64,000 nt of DNA from Octopus sinensis. Its lineage: Eukaryota. The notes under the pieces are model-generated. The model saw nothing but the letters and a program-made list of their open reading frames with translations. It did no database searches and was not told the DNA's origin. Shown here piece after piece: positions 37,147-49,931 of this stretch. Numbering within the stretch: position 1 is the first letter of the stretch; every line of letters begins with the position of its first letter. A program made the position numbers and the translations under genes. The DNA lies in assembly GCF_006345805.1 (NCBI RefSeq), contig NC_042998.1:96472001-96536000 (forward strand), written 5' to 3'.

Positions 37147-37859
37147 CATATATATAAAACTCAAAGATATTCTCATATATGCACACATATATTTGTGTGT
37201 GTGTGTACGAACCATTTAAATGCGTGAGAATTGTAGTTACAATTGTTTACGAGGGCGTTATAAGTGAGCAAGCATTCTAGAAGGAACTATCTCTCGTCTT
37301 AGCTCACAACTACATTTGGTGGTCCCCTCCCTTCAATTTGTACCCAATAACACTTGCACCAAACGGAAATTAATTTGCCCATATTGTTTCTGCTTCACTC
37401 TTACACTGATTTATCTCCAGTAAATTTAGGAAATGTTATCCTGACTATGAGATTCTATGCGCCGTCACAATTTCACCTCACACTGTGTTTATAGAATAAA
37501 GAGATTTAGCGAGTGTCGGTCATAAATACGTCCACTGCGTATGTTTATATTCTCTCAGTTTTCAAATAATTACTCAGGAATAATTTTTCCCTCTTGTTCG
37601 TGTGAGCCGTTTCTATTCATGTTCTCAGTAACAGTTTTTAGTGTAATCCAGGTCGTTGTTAAAGTGAACGGGTCATCGTGGTTTTTTCAAAATAATTACT
37701 GTTTGTGGGGGATGAGGGACTCGACATTAGAGAAGCGAGTACTTTCTGCAGAACTGTGTAGGTTGCTCGTTCGGCTTGAAAAAGCAACCAATTCTAATGT
37801 AAATCATGCTCAACTGACTTAGAAATAAAGGGAAAGACACATTAGATAATCCTTTCTAT

Positions 37860-38620
37860 TATAAATAGAAAACCAGCAATTTCAGGAAGAGGGGCGTCGA
37901 TTTCAGCAACCCCTCTACTTGACTGGTATTTATTTTCTCGACCCCGAAAGGGTGAAAGGTAAGATCGATCTCAGTGGTATTTGAACTCAATCTGTAAAAC
38001 CGAAAGAAATACCACTAAGTATTTTGTCCGTCACGGTAACAAAAGAGACATTAAGTACTTGACTGATATTTATCTTATCGACCCCGAAAAGGCGAAAGGC
38101 AAGTCAACCTCGGCAGAATTTGAACTCAGGACATAAGACCAGTCAACATACCGTCGAGTATTTCGTCCGTCACGGTAACAAAAAGACACATTAGATAATG
38201 TAGTCCAAAATATACAATGTTCGTCAAATAAAAGATAGTGTCGTAGTAAATGTAACGTATTTAAACTTAGGCTTACATCATCGTGACTGGCATGGAGCTC
38301 CGAAACAACAGCCAGAATTTCTTTTAGAATCTATGAAAATGTTTTTGCGGTTTTACAGTAATATGAGAATTATCAGTAAAGTAAATAATAATTAAATGGT
38401 AATCCTTTCAAATTTTTGCACAAGGCTTGCAATTCTGAGGTGAGTGGTGGAAGTCGATTATGTTCAGCTCATTACTCAACTGGTACTTATTTTATCGACA
38501 TCGAAAGGATGAAAGGTACGGTCGATCTCGGTGGAATTTGAACTCAGTACGTAAAGAGCCGGAGAAAATGTTACTAAGCCTTGTGTCAGACGCGGTAACG
38601 ATTCTGCCAGCTCGCCACCT
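37860..38620 (-). mobile_element. Cluster of three SINE family 2 copies
   Basis: CTGGTAYTTATTTT.TCGACCCCGAAAGG.TGAAAGG...GAATTTGAACTCAG repeated at ~37920, ~38060 and ~38480. Confidence 0.8.
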
Positions 38621-38687
38621 TTAGTATAAACTAATCAAAAATAGATATTATTTTTGTTACCATTACCAAGATTCTATTACTACCACT

Positions 38688-39280
38688 CAGCTCCGTCACG
38701 TGACTTTCAGAGGGTCCCTGCAACTTTTTGTTTCGAGGCCCCATCCCTTCAATCATAATCTACGCACTTTTTATTCATAGCTATACTTTACTTTATTCTA
38801 TTTGAAGTTCAGTATTTCACGTTATCCTAAAGAACATCTTTAAAAGTACAAGTTGAATTCATTTAGGTCTATTACAAATTTCAATAAGCAAAACTTCCAG
38901 ATATGAATAAAAGAGCACTTTTATAATCCAGGCAACTTTCAAAGACAAACACGGCCCATTTTTCGTTTCTCGAAATCATCGATCAATTCAGAATAATCAA
39001 GCTCAGAGCTAAGTTCGTGTTCAATTGATATCATAGACAATCCACAAAGTCTGGTACACGTTCGTTGTACGATGTAATATTTTTTACAAAACTTTTTTAG
39101 GTACAATGTAATATCATTTTATTTCTTGAAATTTTCAGTTAACGTAGTTTAATTCTTGTTCAACATCTTAACCCAAGTAAATAGATGACTCATCTACGTA
39201 CTTTGATCTCAACATGGGGCCCCTCAACCGTAGAGGCCCCTTGCGCCCGTAGGGGTTGCAGGGGCTTAGCGAAGGCCTTG
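38688..39280. mobile_element. hAT-like MITE with GC-rich ends
   Basis: Degenerate TIRs CAGCTCCGTCACG / CTTAGCGAAGGCCTTG, internal GGGGCCCC motifs, 8-bp flanks CTACCACT / CTACTATT (6/8 match). Confidence 0.5.
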
Positions 39281-39384
39281 CTACTATTAGTAGTACTAGT
39301 CTTCAGCATGAAATACACGTTAACAATCTATCAGGTGGCTTTTCTTTTGATGTGTTCTATATCTGTATGTGTAGTATCAGCACC

Positions 39385-39800
39385 GTGCTAGATGAATGAG
39401 CAGTTTATCATTGTAGATCTCAACTGAGCCTTGTAAAGTGTGAGTAGAGCCTTGAAAAGTGTTGGTAAGATAAAGTACTTTCTGGTTCTGAAGCGGAAGG
39501 CTGGCCTAGGAGATGCAGTCCTTGCTATGTTAAGGATCTGAGTTCACAGTGTTGAGTTGGCTTAGCATTTGTTGTAACTTTAGGGGTTCTGGTTGTGTAG
39601 TGTTCGTGTTTACGAAGACGGCATTGTCTAATGTATTCTTTCTTTTTAAGATGGTGGGGTTTAATTTGTAAGAATTTAGTTGTCGATAAAGTAGAGGACT
39701 GTTCTACTACACATCGGGTACAATTAATGTTTTTCTTGAAAAGAGCTACAGTCATTGGTGATAAATATAGTATTCGTCTTAAACATCATTTAACTGGCTA
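39385..39800 (-). pseudogene. Highly decayed Jockey/CR1-like LINE RT C-terminal fragment
   Basis: IARTAS...FR.RKYF...ALLTLYKAQLRSTMINCSFI resembles the LLTLYKAQ.RP..EYCS.IW motif. Confidence 0.5.
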
Positions 39801-40962
39801 CAGTTTGTTAAGATATGACATTGCTAGATGCTAAATAATCTGAGCCACGTGATTCCAAAAATCAATCATGAAATTTCAATTTATTAATATGATCTAGCGC
39901 TGTATGAGCTCGTCTGCTTCATTCACAAACGTCTTTACGAATAGAGCGTCCCTTATGTAATAAAATTTATTCTGTCCGTCTAATTTTAATTCAATTTTTG
40001 TGGTCTTATAATTGAATTTCTTCCAACAATCAAAAATTTCGAAGCCATTTGAAGACCAGCAATATGGACATAATAACGTAAGCGTAAGAGCAGCCATTTA
40101 AATACTCTGGCAATCAACTTTCAAGTAAGAAATAAATAAACAAGTTCTGAGATGGAGAAACAGCGGCATGCTAAAGATATGAAGTAATTAATGAAATATA
40201 TTTTTAGCCAGCAATAGATATCATTGTTGTTGTGATGTTTTGCACTTCTTAAGCCACTTATTAAAGTAATTACTAAACTGTTGAAAGACAGCATTTAAAT
40301 ATCGCTTGGATGAAAGTCGACGACGAGCCATAATACCTACTCTGTTGGAGAGCTGGCTACAGAGAATTCTATTTATAAAGATCTGATCAACATAAATGTT
40401 ATCATGTCGGTAGACCTACTTTATTAATAAGAATATAAACATGAAATATCAATGAAATTTCAATGAAAATCATCACCATCATCATCACTAAATCATCTTC
40501 CTCTCCATTTTCTGTTCATCGCTATAGTAGTTATTATCTCTATTCAACCACCATGTTTTTCTTTAGTATTGAATAACTGAATAATGGTGTCTACTGTGTC
40601 GCCCCCTCTCTCCCACTGTCATTTACACAATGCGAATCTACAGCGTCTTAATCCAGTTAAATACTTACATACTATTTTCAAATAATACAATCGTCTAACA
40701 CTTTTAGACAGGAATAAACAAACATCTTCAGATTTTCATTATCGTAAACAAGACTTCAAAAAGAAAGTCAGTAAACATCTAGTGGATGGAAACAGCATGG
40801 AAGTGTGTGTATGTATGATGTATGTATGTATGTATGTATGTATGTATGTATGTATGTATGTATGTATGTATGTATGTATGGATGGATGGATGGATGGATG
40901 GATGGATGCATATGCTATATACATAATAGCAAAAGAAAGAAAATGAATTAAAACTTTCGGTT

Positions 40963-41032
40963 AACCGCGTACAAAATCCTGTTTCCAGCTTATAGCAAAA
41001 ATTATTACCCATTGCCTTCATCAGCGCCGGTT
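40963..41032 (-). ncRNA. Type I hammerhead motif, core intact
   Basis: Minus: AACCGGCG-CTGATGA-(AG..GCAA/TTGC..CT,G)-GAAAC-AGGATTTT-GTA-CGCGGTT. Stem I has 7 bp plus one bulge; the stem II closing pair is non-canonical. Confidence 0.6.
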
Positions 41033-41249
41033 TTCCATAGCATTGCTAGCCTTTTATGTAGTGCGTTATACTCGGAGAATTTACGGTGGTAAGAGTGTCT
41101 TATGACGTGTATTTTTTCAGTGAGGGTGAGGCGCAAGCCAAGCCCTTGTTATAATTATGTATGTAATTATAAAATTTACCTATGAGGGTTTTCTTTCCGC
41201 GCTGACCACCTGGTAAAAATCATTAATTATTTTTATCCTTTATTTTATG

Positions 41250-41300
<51 letters not shown>

Positions 41301-41619
41301 CATACATATGTATGTATGAATGCATGTACGAAAGTATATATGTAAGAATGTATATATGTATATATGTATGTAGTAGTGACTACATATATAAATAGGTATG
41401 TCTGTATATATGCATGCATTTATGTATGCATGCATATATGTATATATGTATACATGAATGCATGCATGTATGTATGCATGCACGCATGCATGTTGCATGT
41501 ATGTATTTATGCATGCATGTATGTATGTACGTATGTATGTATGTACGAGTGGTTTTTATTGCTTAATCAGGAGATAAGGCAAACACTCAATGAAAAATTC
41601 CACGATGGAATATAAGTAT

Positions 41620-42130
41620 GTATCAACATAGGCGGTAAGCTCTCTGAACTCCTGCTGAAAGAGGCACCTTTCATTGCCACATCTGAGCAAAAGAGTGTAA
41701 ACCTCTAGCACAACTGAAAAACCACATCACGAAACCGAGTTGCAGCTATCACATATTATGAGATTGTTTGTGAGTACTACTGATAACAAGTAACCCAGTA
41801 CAAACTGTCGCACGGATGATTCGTGAGTGACTAAACCGGCATTCAAGCAAGGTTCATAAAGAGGATTTCCAGAAACCCACCACCAGCGAAGAGCCAATGG
41901 GCGGATAAATTCAGAAAAGGCTCAACGACTATACAGCAAAAACCAGCAACAGAGAATTGATTGTAGTAAAACCTATAAAGCACCTTGGGTCTAGTTTTGG
42001 CCAACGGGGTAAATGCTAGGATGGTATCTATCACACCATAATCGACACCTTAAACGGACAGGCCCCCTATAGTATTGGCTGACAAGCTACCTAGGGATGG
42101 GGAAGAAAACTCTGTAAAGAAAACGTCCAT
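41620..42130 (+). mobile_element. Possible decayed RTE-type LINE 3' remnant
   Basis: Weak motifs (NIGGKLSELL; WADKFRK) with many stops. Confidence 0.3.
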
Positions 42131-42974
42131 GTACACTCACATGCGCATACAGACATATATATACATATATGTATATATATGTATATACATGGCATATGTG
42201 TGTCTATGTGTGTGAGGGCGGTTATTTTCTACGTGTATACGTATATTTTGTGCGAGATAATAGAAATATTCAGGCTAGGGCCTTTTTGACGCACAGTAAA
42301 ACCACTTAGAATGGAGAAAATTCAGAAATCAAAACCATTTTTGATTTATAATCTCTCTCATTGGCAAACTTACTGATATTCCATTGTCAGTCTCACAATC
42401 AGAAATTCAGCGAACCAGTAATTATCCCGGTAGAAACTTCTAAACAATGACTCAACTGTTTACCAATTCCTGTATAAAATATAAATATACAAACTTGTTT
42501 CTACCAACGAAGAAATTAGGCAGTCAAAAAATATATACAGACTTCCATTTCTCCGAATCGTTTATTCTTTTCAGCAGTAGGCTACTTTATAAGTCGTTAC
42601 TTCAGTAAAATACGAAATTAATGTTACTAGAAGGCAACTGTGGTTACACCCATCTCAACCGGCTGATTGTTTTGTTAACGTTGTTGAATCACGCCGTTGC
42701 AGTTTCTTCTCACGAAGAATAAAGTTAATCCATCAAATTGCTTCGAGAAACCCACGCAACTGAACTCATTATTACTCCGCTACTGAACAATACGTAGGAT
42801 GAGGGCAACATGTGGTGTGAAATTTCTACTTGATATGATAGGGCATTGTGGTGGTGGTGGTGGTTGAGGAGGAGGATCTCCGTCGTCTGACAAGGAGGAT
42901 TCAGTTGTTTTGTTAGACCTACTCACTAAATTAACGTGCATCAACAAAAACAAATTAAAAACGAAAAAGACACA

Positions 42975-43047
42975 AATCACTGCCCGCCCAGGAATCGAAC
43001 CCACGACCTCATGATCATGAGTCCGGCACCCTAACCGATAGGCCTTA
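42975..43047 (-). mobile_element. tRNA-like SINE head (family 4-type)
   Basis: GGCCTATCGGTTAGGG...GTGGGTTCGATTCCTGG; no complete acceptor stem. Confidence 0.6.
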
Positions 43048-43322
43048 AACCATCATGATAACATGATGTATTATCCATTCTCTTGAGATTATTTATACTA
43101 TTGAGAGATATTACACTGCGGGATTTGTTATTTTAATGTTGAAAATTTTACTCCCATTCATATAATTCAATAATCGAAGTTAAGATATGGCGATTTTTCA
43201 TTCATTTTTTGTGAATAGTTTTATACTTATTTGCATAAGTTCAGCTGCTCTTTGTGGATGTGTGGCAGACATAGCTCAGTGTCTGTAACAAATGTAGCTT
43301 TGGTGCTTCTCTTTCTTTCAAA

Positions 43323-43423
43323 ATCCTCCCCTGAAGACGCATGAATCTAATCTTAATCTCTCTATAAGATTAATCTTCGTGCAGAAACATGTTTGTGTGT
43401 GGAGACAAAGAGAGCGGGAGGAT
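43323..43423 (+). ncRNA. Hammerhead motif interrupted by a 22-nt insertion in the cleavage triplet
   Basis: ATCCTCCC-CTGAAGA-(GCATGAA/TTCGTGC stem)-GAAAC-AT-GT[43393-43414]C-GGGAGGAT; stem I is a perfect 8 bp. Confidence 0.55.
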
Positions 43424-43634
43424 AAAAGGGAATTTATAGATTTAAGAATACTTTTTTTCCTTCCTTATGATTGTTTCAACAATGCTTGGTTCGGATCAAT
43501 CATTATTATAAATATAAATGATTGTAATATTGTAATATATGCATGTATGTGTGTATGTGTGTATGTATTATACATACATACATACATACATACATGTATA
43601 CATACATACACACACATACACATACATGCATATA

Positions 43635-43685
<51 letters not shown>

Positions 43686-43687
<2 letters not shown>

Positions 43688-44930
43688 TAGTTAGTTAGTT
43701 AGTTAGTTAATTTTTGGCTCAAAAAACAAAAAGCCAGGCCATGTAGGGGGGCATGGAGTTATGTAGAGGGTGGTGTTCATGTAAAGAGTTCAGGCCATTT
43801 GTGGTCAAGGGAGACTTTGAACCGAGCGGTCGTCAGCATCTTCACTATCTCGTCCGGCAGCTTATTCCACGGATCCGCAACCCAGACGGAGAAAGCCCCT
43901 CACCTTCGATTGAGATGAAATCGTCGCAGATAGAGCTTTTCGGAGTGACCTCGCAGCCGACGCTCTGGAGCAGGAGTGAAGAACAGCTCTTTCGAGAGGT
44001 TACACTTTCCGCTTATGATGTTGTGAGCAAGAATGAGATCACCACGGCGTCGTCGGTTTTCTAGAAAATAAAGGTCGAGCGTCTTCAGCCTTTCTTCATA
44101 AGAGAAATGCTTGAGACCAAGAACCATGCGGGTAGCCAGCTTCTGGACTCTTTCGAGATGCTGTATGTCTTTGAGGAGATAAGGAGAAGAGGCTTGAATC
44201 CCGTACTCCAATATGGGTCTCACCAGCGTGGCATAGAGCGGTAGGAATATGGCTGCTGTGGGCATTCCGAATGACCGTCGAATCAAAAACAGAACTCCGC
44301 GTGCTTTGTTGGCAGCATGGACGCACTGGGCCGAAGGCGAAAAGGAAAAATCCACCAAGATAGCTAGGTCCTTTACCTGGTCGGTCCTCTCCAGCAGCAG
44401 ACGACCCGGCTCGAAATCAAGTTGAGTTGCAGGAGAAGAGCCAACAGGCAGATGACAGCACTTTGACACGTTCAGACACAGGTCCCATTCGTTAGACCAT
44501 CTCCAAACTTGGTGGTGGCATCAACGAAGATCCTCTATATCACCGCGAGGAGCGACCAGTTTGACATCATCGGCAAATAGAAGGGTGTGTTGCGTGAGGT
44601 CGTCGAGCAAGTCATTATGAAGACTAAGAACAATAAGGGCCCAAGCACTGAACCTTGAGGCACGCCACTGCTCGCACTGAAGACGTCGGACAGCGAACCA
44701 TTAACTTGGACTTGGAAAGAGCGATCTGAGAGGAAGGCACCAACCCATCGTACAATATCCGGATGGAAACTATATGCTTGAAGCTTGACAAGTAATAGGC
44801 GGTGGTTTACCGAGTCAAAAGCTTTGGCAAAGTCCAATAAAACGATGTCAACAGCATCACCATCATCGAGGATGCGCGTCACCAATTCTTCCATTACCAG
44901 TAAGTTAGTCAAGTATGATCTCTTCGGCAC
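43686..44930 (-). mobile_element. CR1-clade LINE, 5'-truncated, RT domain to 3' end with (TAAC)n tail
   Basis: LDFAKAFDSVNH...SGVPQGSVLGPLLFLVFI(N)D...LFADDVKL...LVRPILEYG...LERVQKLATRM...YEERLKTLDL...RRRGDLI...WNKLP. One 1-nt deletion at ~44615, one stop at ~44521, and a stop near 43900. Confidence 0.95.
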
Positions 44931-45337
44931 ATATATATATTCATATGCATATATATATATATATTATATATATATATTCATTTGTATATATATAATAAAA
45001 TATATATATATATATAAAGTATCGGTTATCATTTGAATTATCCGTAATAAGATAATCATTTATCTACTTCAATAACTATAATAAAATATATACATATATA
45101 TTATATATATATATATACATATATATTCTTTATTCTTTTACTTGTTTCAGTCATTTGGCTGCGGCCATGCTGGAACACCGCCTTTAGTCGAGCAAATCGA
45201 CCCCAGGACTTATTCTTTGTAAGCTTAGTAATTATTCTATTGGTCTCTTTCGCCGAACCGCTAAGTTGAGGATGTAACACACCCCATCGGTGTCAAGCGA
45301 TGTTGGTGGGGGGACAAACACAGACGCACAAGTATAT

Positions 45338-45394
<57 letters not shown>

Positions 45395-45397
<3 letters not shown>

Positions 45398-45851
45398 AAT
45401 ATTAGGGAATAAATCCAATTTACAGGAAAAATCAGATTTAGGATTGAATCCAATTTTATAGTAAAATATTATATAATATTAATTAGAGACAATTAGATTT
45501 TGAAATTAGATTCTTCATCTTTAAATATGAGAACTTAAATACTAGGTTTCTTTATATTCAATTGTTTATAGAGGTTATTTTAGTTCTTGATTATATATAG
45601 ATATATAGATTATATATATATATTATTTCGTTGATAAATTATATTATTTATAGTTTTAGTCATTTTTAATTTATATCTTTTAAAATATTGATTATTTTTA
45701 GATCTGAAATCCACCTGATGAATGTCCTTAGAAGAGACACGAAACAATTGTAGTGCGAATTTAAATTTATTTAATTTATGTTAAATTTTTTTATGTATTG
45801 GATTAAGTCTTTCTTTGTTTGATTTGCAAAATAGTGGTTTTGTCTCTAATT

Positions 45852-45860
<9 letters not shown>
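45395..45860. mobile_element. Non-coding PLE-derived element with inverted termini and a hammerhead
   Basis: TAGGGAATAAATCCAA...ATTAATTAGAGACAA on the left, TTGCAAAATAGTGGTTTTGTCTCTAATTAAT on the right; same terminal family as 7821-9640. Confidence 0.7.
45712..45755 (+). ncRNA. Minimal (dimer-type) hammerhead motif
   Basis: CAC-CTGATGA-A-TGTC-cttagaaga-GACA-C-GAAAC-AATT-GTA-GTG. Palindromic CAATTG in stem III; A.C mismatch at the base of stem II. Confidence 0.65.
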
Positions 45861-45891
<31 letters not shown>

Positions 45892-46687
45892 CTATATATA
45901 TATATATACGACGAGCTTCTTTCAGTTTTCGCTACCAAATCCACCCAGAAGGCTGTGGTCGGCCCGAGGCTATTGAAGAAGACACTTGCCCAAGGTGCCA
46001 CGTAGTGGGAATGAACCCGGAATCATGTGGTTGGTAAACAAGCTACTTACCACACACCATTCTACATATACAAAAAACAGCCATACCAACAAACCAACAT
46101 ACCTCCATCATCAGCTGCCCCGGATATCATTATGGTTTTGACACCTGGGCAGTACCATTCAATCTGGCGTTGTCAACAGGACTAAAAGAAGTGCTGTTTG
46201 GGAACAAACATACGTAAAAACAAAACACACAACTTTCAAATACATTTACCCTATGTACAACAGAATTCAATCAAATATAGACACGATTAAACACTAACTT
46301 TAAAATTAAACTACAACAAGAAACACCTAATTCTATGAACATCTGTATCGGTATTCATAGTAAACCTACAAGTATATATAATATATATATTTATGTATAT
46401 AAATGCATCCAAATTCATATAATGTGTTGGTGAATTATTCTGTAGCTAACCAAGTTCTGGTGGTGCGATGAAAATCATTTTAATTGTCGCCTGAAGGACT
46501 GCACCGAGCGTGAGACTCTGAACAACAATGGTGTGAATCACTAGCTTTGTACAAATAAATATTCTGTACAAGATTTATTGAGTAATCCTTCGTTTGTTGA
46601 AACCCCGAACATACGTGTGTGTAAATGCACATACAGCACACACAGCACACACTCAAACGCACACACACACACACAAACACGCACAGA

Positions 46688-46784
<97 letters not shown>

Positions 46785-47063
46785 GGGAGGAAAGGAGAAC
46801 GCGAATTAAAGCGATATAGAAGAAGGAAGCGAATGAGGACGTGAGAGAGTGAGAGAGATGAGAACGAGGGAGTTGGACTTACGAACATTCATACACCCAT
46901 TCATACACACTATCATGCTTACATACATATGTACATACTTATGAACATACATACATATATATTTACGTACACACACATTAGATAGAATACCCCCTCAGAT
47001 TACTGTAGAATTGCTTTCATTATAACTAAACGTAAAAACAAATAGTAACACACACACAAATAT

Positions 47064-47094
<31 letters not shown>

Positions 47095-47719
47095 ATATAT
47101 ATATATATATATATATTATATTATATATATATATATATAGAATGCATTTCTGCATGTAAACAGATACATAACCATGATATTCTTTACTGTTTATGTAATA
47201 AATATGCTGTGAAATCAATATGTTTAGCCTAATTGATATGTTTAACAGTATACCTGAGACATGGAAAACTTGATATATTCTAAGACCAGCCACTTGTTAA
47301 ACACTCTCCCAAACAACTTGCTATTATGTTCGTATGATATAAAGAAGAGAAAATTCAATGAAATCCAGATGTATGTGGAGAAAGCAGAGTCAGCCATCAC
47401 CAGGACCTCAGAGGAAATGGGGCGCGAGTTGTTTGTGCTGGAAATGTCATAGAGAAGTGTATATATGTAAATTGTCGAAGATGTTAGCTGTGTATGGAAT
47501 GTGACAGACAGGAAGTCCTAGATGTAGGTAAAGCCATTAGTGGTGATGTCAGCAGTCTAGTGTCTTTTCCATTCAATTAATAACTGGCGTTCGGAATGAA
47601 ATATTTGTGACGTCTGCTGTTGGTAATTGTTAATGAAGGAGATAATGACAATTTCACAACTAAGACTTCTCTTTCACTGTGGCTACGTTCGGACAAGTAA
47701 ACTTCGATGTAATCATTCG

Positions 47720-47746
47720 TCATCTTTAACATCATCGTCGTCGTCG

Positions 47747-47780
<34 letters not shown>

Positions 47781-48170
47781 TGTCGTCGTCAATGATATTC
47801 ATTCTCCTCCACTTCCGTCTCTCCCTCCTCATCTTCATCTTCCTCTTCTTTTTCTTCTTCTTCCTCCTCTCCCCCTCACCATCCTCATCGACATCGCCAC
47901 CTACACTGCCACCAACACCACCACCTTCAACATCAGCATCTTCATCATCATTTCATTATCTTTCGTCGTCGTCGTCATCTTCATCACCCTCCTTCTCTTT
48001 CTCCTCATTCCCTTCATCCTCATCCTCAACCTCATCATCATCCTCATCATCTTCATCATCATCAGCAGCAGCAGCATCGTCATCAACATCACCACCTACA
48101 ATACCACCACCATCATCGTCATCATGATCATGATCATCATCATCATGATCATGATCATCATCACCACCAT
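47720..48170. repeat. Compound trinucleotide low-complexity tract (TCA/TCG/TCC/CCA)
   Basis: Direct inspection; gives the Ser-rich pseudo-ORF 47627-48127. Confidence 0.9.
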
Positions 48171-48405
48171 TATTTTATTCACTTAGCCTTACGTCTGCCG
48201 ACCCCTACCACCTACTCACAATAGCCAGCCTACTCACCTACTCATCGTCTCCCTTGTGATTAAGCTGTTGCTCTTTCGCTTAACGATGGCGTTTCGCTAC
48301 CTCCTTCCATGATATGCGTATGCAATGGAAAAATGTAAAGTGTATTTATCAACTGTTGATACATTTTTTTCTACTTAAGCAAACATGATAAGAAGTAAAC
48401 ACATT

Positions 48406-48446
<41 letters not shown>

Positions 48447-48487
48447 TACACACATACATACATACATACATATATATATATATACAC

Positions 48488-48563
<76 letters not shown>

Positions 48564-48804
48564 ATGGATGGATATGTACTCTACTCGGTCTGATAGTGAA
48601 GCTGTCCGTGGGTGTTGCACAGTAACAAACTGTTCATATATGTCTATTCTTGAATACTCTGATAGAGGCGGCACCGAAAACGGACAAAACGGACACTGAA
48701 CAGAAGAGTGAATGAATTACTGGAGGTAGATGACGGCTTAATACGGAATTTGTTGTAACTGGTGTTGCAGCAACTGTGGTATGCCTCGTGTGTGTGTGCG
48801 TGTG

Positions 48805-48848
<44 letters not shown>

Positions 48849-48969
48849 CATGCGTTCATGTAAGTGCGTAAGAGATTTCTACGTTTGTTTTAGATCAAGT
48901 AGAACAGATAGTGTCTTATGATAATGTTATATCCTCATTCATATATCTTAGTTATTTGTTGTTGTTGAA

Positions 48970-49280
48970 AGCGCGCGGCTTAGTCGTTTGGGTATTTCGA
49001 CTCACGCTCATGAGTTCGATACCTAGGGGTGCATAGTGTCCTTGAGCAAAACGTTTTGTTTCACGTTACTCCAGTCCATTCAGCGAGAAAAAAAGGAATT
49101 GTACCTGTAATTCAAAGGGTCAGCCTTGTCACATTTTGCCTCGTGCTAAATCTACCTGAGAACTACGCTATGGACATGCATGTTAGTGGAGTGTTCAGTC
49201 ACATGCAAATTAATTTCACAAGCAGGCTGTTCTGTTAATCGGATCAGCTGGAAACCTCATCGTTGTAACCGACGGAATGG
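48970..49280 (+). mobile_element. SINE family 4
   Basis: GCGCGCGGCTTAGTCGTTTGG...GAGTTCGATACC...GTGTCCTTGAGCAAAAC...GTAACCGACGGAATG. Confidence 0.8.
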
Positions 49281-49639
49281 AAAGTTTATTTATTTATTTA
49301 TTTTTTGTTATCGCTGTCATCATTGTTATTGCTGTCTTCTTCTTCTTCTTCTTTTTCCAATCAGGACTCACGACATTAGCCACAAAGAATAATCTCTAAT
49401 TCGAGCCTACTCTAAGCTACTAAGAATGCGTGTGGCAACTTGAAGATCCACCCACCCCACGCGATAGACTGGCAGTTGCACGGGCGCGAAAGCTACGTTC
49501 TTATGCTCATTCCGTAAACGGTGGCTTTTAACGAATGGAGAGCTGAACCATCCTGGGGTACAGAGGATTTGCAATCTAGACTAGGGTCTGAAAGTTTTAC
49601 CACACCATAATGGGTTACACCATGGTTCCTCTGCTTTGT

Positions 49640-49834
49640 AGCAGAAGTAGGAAGAAAGAGTGAGAGAAAGTTGTGGTGAAAGAGTACAGCGGAGTTCACC
49701 AACCCTCCCCACCGGATCCACGTGGAGCTTAGGTGTTTTTGCTCAATAGACATTCACAATGCCCGGTCTGGGATCGAAACCGCGTTCTTTCGACCGCGAG
49801 TCCGCTGCCCTAACCACTGGGCCATTGCGCCTCC
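49640..49834 (-). mobile_element. SINE family 3 head region
   Basis: Reverse complement of the first ~190 bp of 16127-16433. Confidence 0.85.
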
Positions 49835-49931
49835 ACTGGTGTGGCTGTTGCTATTAAACTCCTGACCATTGCTCTTCATTGAAGACATTTTAGCCCTGAC
49901 CATCTCATCATTGTTGTTTTTATTTTAGAAA

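Larger units (their letters stand above)
45126..46058 (-). mobile_element. SINE family 1 split by a nested insertion in its (TA)n centre
   Basis: Tail at 45126-45335 and head at 45905-46058, both minus, separated by (TA)n-[45395-45860]-(TA)n. Confidence 0.85.

Noticed and set aside
42790-42920. Pro-rich minus frame (SDDGDPPPQPPPPPQ) as an exon
   Set aside because: Driven by a short (GGT/GGA) repeat; weak splice signals.
42975-43047. Possible tRNA gene with CAT in the anticodon-like loop
   Set aside because: No complete acceptor stem; it matches the SINE family 4 head.
43686-43708. (TTAG)n as possible interstitial telomere
   Set aside because: It is the (TAAC)n tail of the minus-strand CR1 LINE, not TTAGGG.
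46446-46530. Candidate host exon (plus LTKFWWCDENHFNCRLKDC...; minus LVIHTIVVQSLTLGAVLQ...)
   Set aside because: Open on both strands, weak donor sites, no recognisable family.
47627-48127. 166-aa Ser/Pro-rich ORF
   Set aside because: Entirely a compound trinucleotide tract; no domain or splice support.
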